From IMG/VR virus record IMGVR_UViG_3300044695_006401: a stretch of 64,000 nt of DNA; one strand, written 5' to 3'. Below, piece by piece: positions 62,223 through 64,000 of this stretch. Position 1 is the first letter of the stretch. Every line of letters starts with the position of its first letter. Source of the DNA: a virus. Its lineage: Duplodnaviria > Caudoviricetes. Below the pieces are notes generated by a model. The model was not told the DNA's origin. It did no database searches and saw only the letters and a list, made by a program, of their open reading frames with translations. Made by a program: the position numbers and the translations under genes.

Positions 62223-62840
62223 TTAAAGATGAGATTCTAATATATCCATACAATATTTTTCAAATAATGGGTACTCTTGTAAAACTTCTTTATTTAAAAC
62301 TAAAGATCCACTAAAAGTTGGGTCTGATATTATCTTATGTGTATTGGATAATTCGTTTGAGATAATTTCATTATAAATTCTTACTCTTTTTGTGTTAAAT
62401 AAATCTTCGTCTTCACCTGTTTTAACATCAGGAGCACCAAAATATCCGAACGATGCGTAAGGTTTTTTAATTAATATACCTTTCATTTCTGATATTAATA
62501 GTGTAAGTATTTTAAGTGGTATATTTTCTTTTGTCAGGTAGGTATATTCATCATAATGTTCCTGTCCTGTGGACCCTAAAATAGATTGTTTAACATAAAA
62601 ATCTTTATTTAGTTTTGGGAAAAATGATATTAAAAAGTAATCGTAATCGTACTCTTCAATGTGAACTATATATTTGTATTTAGGACTCTTGAAAGTATAA
62701 ATGTGAAGTTTTTTATATGTTTTACCTGACTTAGGGTTTTTACTTTGTACAAACCTCCAACCAAACTTTTTTTTAAGTTCCTCAACCCTTTCTTGTGAAA
62801 ATTTTATTTCATTAAGAATCCTTCTAATTATATCAGTCAT
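62223..62840 (-). CDS. Leader-bearing hypothetical protein
   Basis: MTDIIRRILNE; PYASFGYFG...TKRVRIY. Confidence 0.7.
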   Translation of the reverse strand: MTDIIRRILNEIKFSQERVEELKKKFGWRFVQSKNPKSGKTYKKLHIYTFKSPKYKYIVHIEEYDYDYFLISFFPKLNKDFYVKQSILGSTGQEHYDEYTYLTKENIPLKILTLLISEMKGILIKKPYASFGYFGAPDVKTGEDEDLFNTKRVRIYNEIISNELSNTHKIISDPTFSGSLVLNKEVLQEYPLFEKYCMDILESHL

Positions 62841-63024
62841 TTACTTTAGTTCTTTTTTTTATGAACATGGTGTCATATTCAGTTGTACCAAACTCAACAA
62901 GATCCCACTTACCATAAAACTTAGGATTTGTTACTGCACATTTACCTGACTCCTTCAATTCTTTATTGAACTTGTCTGACATTTCTTGTGTATATGTAAC
63001 AGTAAATGGAAGTTTGGTTTTCAT
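62833..63024 (-). CDS. Small early protein
   Basis: 63 aa; TTTG...TATATTTG promoter at 63039-63046. Confidence 0.65.
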   Translation of the reverse strand: MKTKLPFTVTYTQEMSDKFNKELKESGKCAVTNPKFYGKWDLVEFGTTEYDTMFIKKRTKVND

Positions 63025-63129
63025 ATCTTTTATTTCTACAAATATACTATAAATATTGTAATTTACAAAAAAACCCCTTACAAAAAGTAAGGGGTCTTCA
63101 TATATATTAGTCTGCGGAACTAAAAATTA

Positions 63130-63600
63130 TTATTTTTTTCTTCTGTGCACTGTAGATATCATTGAGTTCGCAATTGCGCCTCCGCCAACTGCGGTACCTA
63201 ATGCCAGTTGTAAAACATCTTCAGCAGATGTTCCGCCAGCCATTGCAATTCCTGAAACCAAACCGATAAGACTATAAAGACCAACCGTTGCTAATTTTCT
63301 TTTCCAGTATTCACCTTTTTCTATTTCTTTTGGTTGAGCGTCTTGATAATCCATATACTCATATTCCTCATTCAACCCATCACCCAATTCACTTTGGAGT
63401 TCCATAGCGGCTTCAGGATTTCTTTTAAGTATTCTAACCAATTTTTGAAACTCAGGCATATCTTGTATTTCCATTTTTGAAAAGTCAGTTTCATCTTCCA
63501 TTTCTCGTGAGTCTGCCACCCATTGGTCTTCATCTTCTTTGATGATTCTTTTTACCAAATTGATAAGTTCTGATTCTGTTAATCTTATAGTTCTTTTCAT
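63130..63600 (-). CDS. Leader-bearing protein with C-terminal Gly-rich hydrophobic hairpin
   Basis: MKRTIRLTESELINLVKRIIKED; VGLYSLIGLVSGIAMAGG...LALGTAVGGGAIA. Confidence 0.8.
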   Translation of the reverse strand: MKRTIRLTESELINLVKRIIKEDEDQWVADSREMEDETDFSKMEIQDMPEFQKLVRILKRNPEAAMELQSELGDGLNEEYEYMDYQDAQPKEIEKGEYWKRKLATVGLYSLIGLVSGIAMAGGTSAEDVLQLALGTAVGGGAIANSMISTVHRRKK

Positions 63601-63625
63601 TTTTTTATTTTTTTATATAAATACT

Positions 63626-64000
63626 TTATATTTTAAAAACATCACCAAATTTTACAAAAGGTTCGTTAAAATCTTCCATATTATATCTATCTTCCTCGTC
63701 GATGTCATCCATATCACTATAATTTGCAACTGTTAATTCATATGTAAAAATCTTATCGTTCATATTTAATACTTCATATTCTCTTAAAGTCATTTTGGTA
63801 TTTTCAAACTTTAATATTCCAGAACCAACTACAACGATAGACATGTAACCAATTTCAAAATACTCTTCACTGGTTTCCTCAGTACCATCATAACAATATT
63901 CGCACTCAGTTTGACCGTGTCCTCCACACTCACGACAGTCTTCTTCACCATCACCTTCACAAGTTGAGCAATCGATTTCTCTTTCTCCGTCGCAATATCT
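63626..64000 (-). CDS. Protein with DnaJ-type CxxCxGxG Zn-finger repeats, start beyond window
   Basis: Frame open to the edge: CSTCEGDG, CRECGGHG, CEYCYDG. Confidence 0.75.
   Translation of the reverse strand, partial: RYCDGEREIDCSTCEGDGEEDCRECGGHGQTECEYCYDGTEETSEEYFEIGYMSIVVVGSGILKFENTKMTLREYEVLNMNDKIFTYELTVANYSDMDDIDEEDRYNMEDFNEPFVKFGDVFKI

Noticed and set aside
1-64000. Stop-codon reassignment as in some large phages
   Set aside because: Genes are intact in code 11; TAG and TGA end genes at natural boundaries (e.g. 11214, 23534, 46838)

Overview
AT-rich, gene-dense 64 kb segment with about 98 mostly short ORFs, predominantly on the minus strand and with frequent ATGA/TAATG translational coupling. 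It reads as an accessory/virion-cargo region of a large lytic phage infecting Bacteroidota. No capsid, terminase or polymerase genes are in the window, so phage identity is inferred from gene content. Host assignment rests on 12 Bacteroidota sigma promoters (TAnnTTTG), absence of obvious Shine-Dalgarno sites, T9SS C-terminal sorting domains and Gln at +1 after signal peptides. Recognisable products: GH19, NlpC/P60, M15-like, lysozyme-LysM and YkuD-like wall hydrolases, UvrC, SlyD-type FKBP, thioredoxin, PAP2 phosphatase, flavodoxin-like protein, ferritin-like protein, a DNA MTase plus putative restriction endonuclease pair, two further PD-(D/E)xK-like nucleases, a LamG protein, two T9SS-type secreted proteins and an outer-membrane beta-barrel. 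The most striking unexplained system: about 45 unrelated proteins share five families of N-terminal leader peptides ending in (I/L)-x-E. The leader genes, or their operon heads, are preceded by a TATTTAT motif, and leaders are absent from genes with host-type promoters. A 904-aa protein concatenates such modules, including an ADP-ribosyltransferase-like one, separated by x-x-E/S junctions. This suggests a capsid-targeting and protease-processing system for a large modular library of ejected cargo, analogous to T4 internal-protein targeting. A largely non-coding 29.4-31.6 kb zone holds G-quadruplex-like runs, palindrome arrays and two families of small inverted-repeat elements. All family names are from motif recognition, not database searches.
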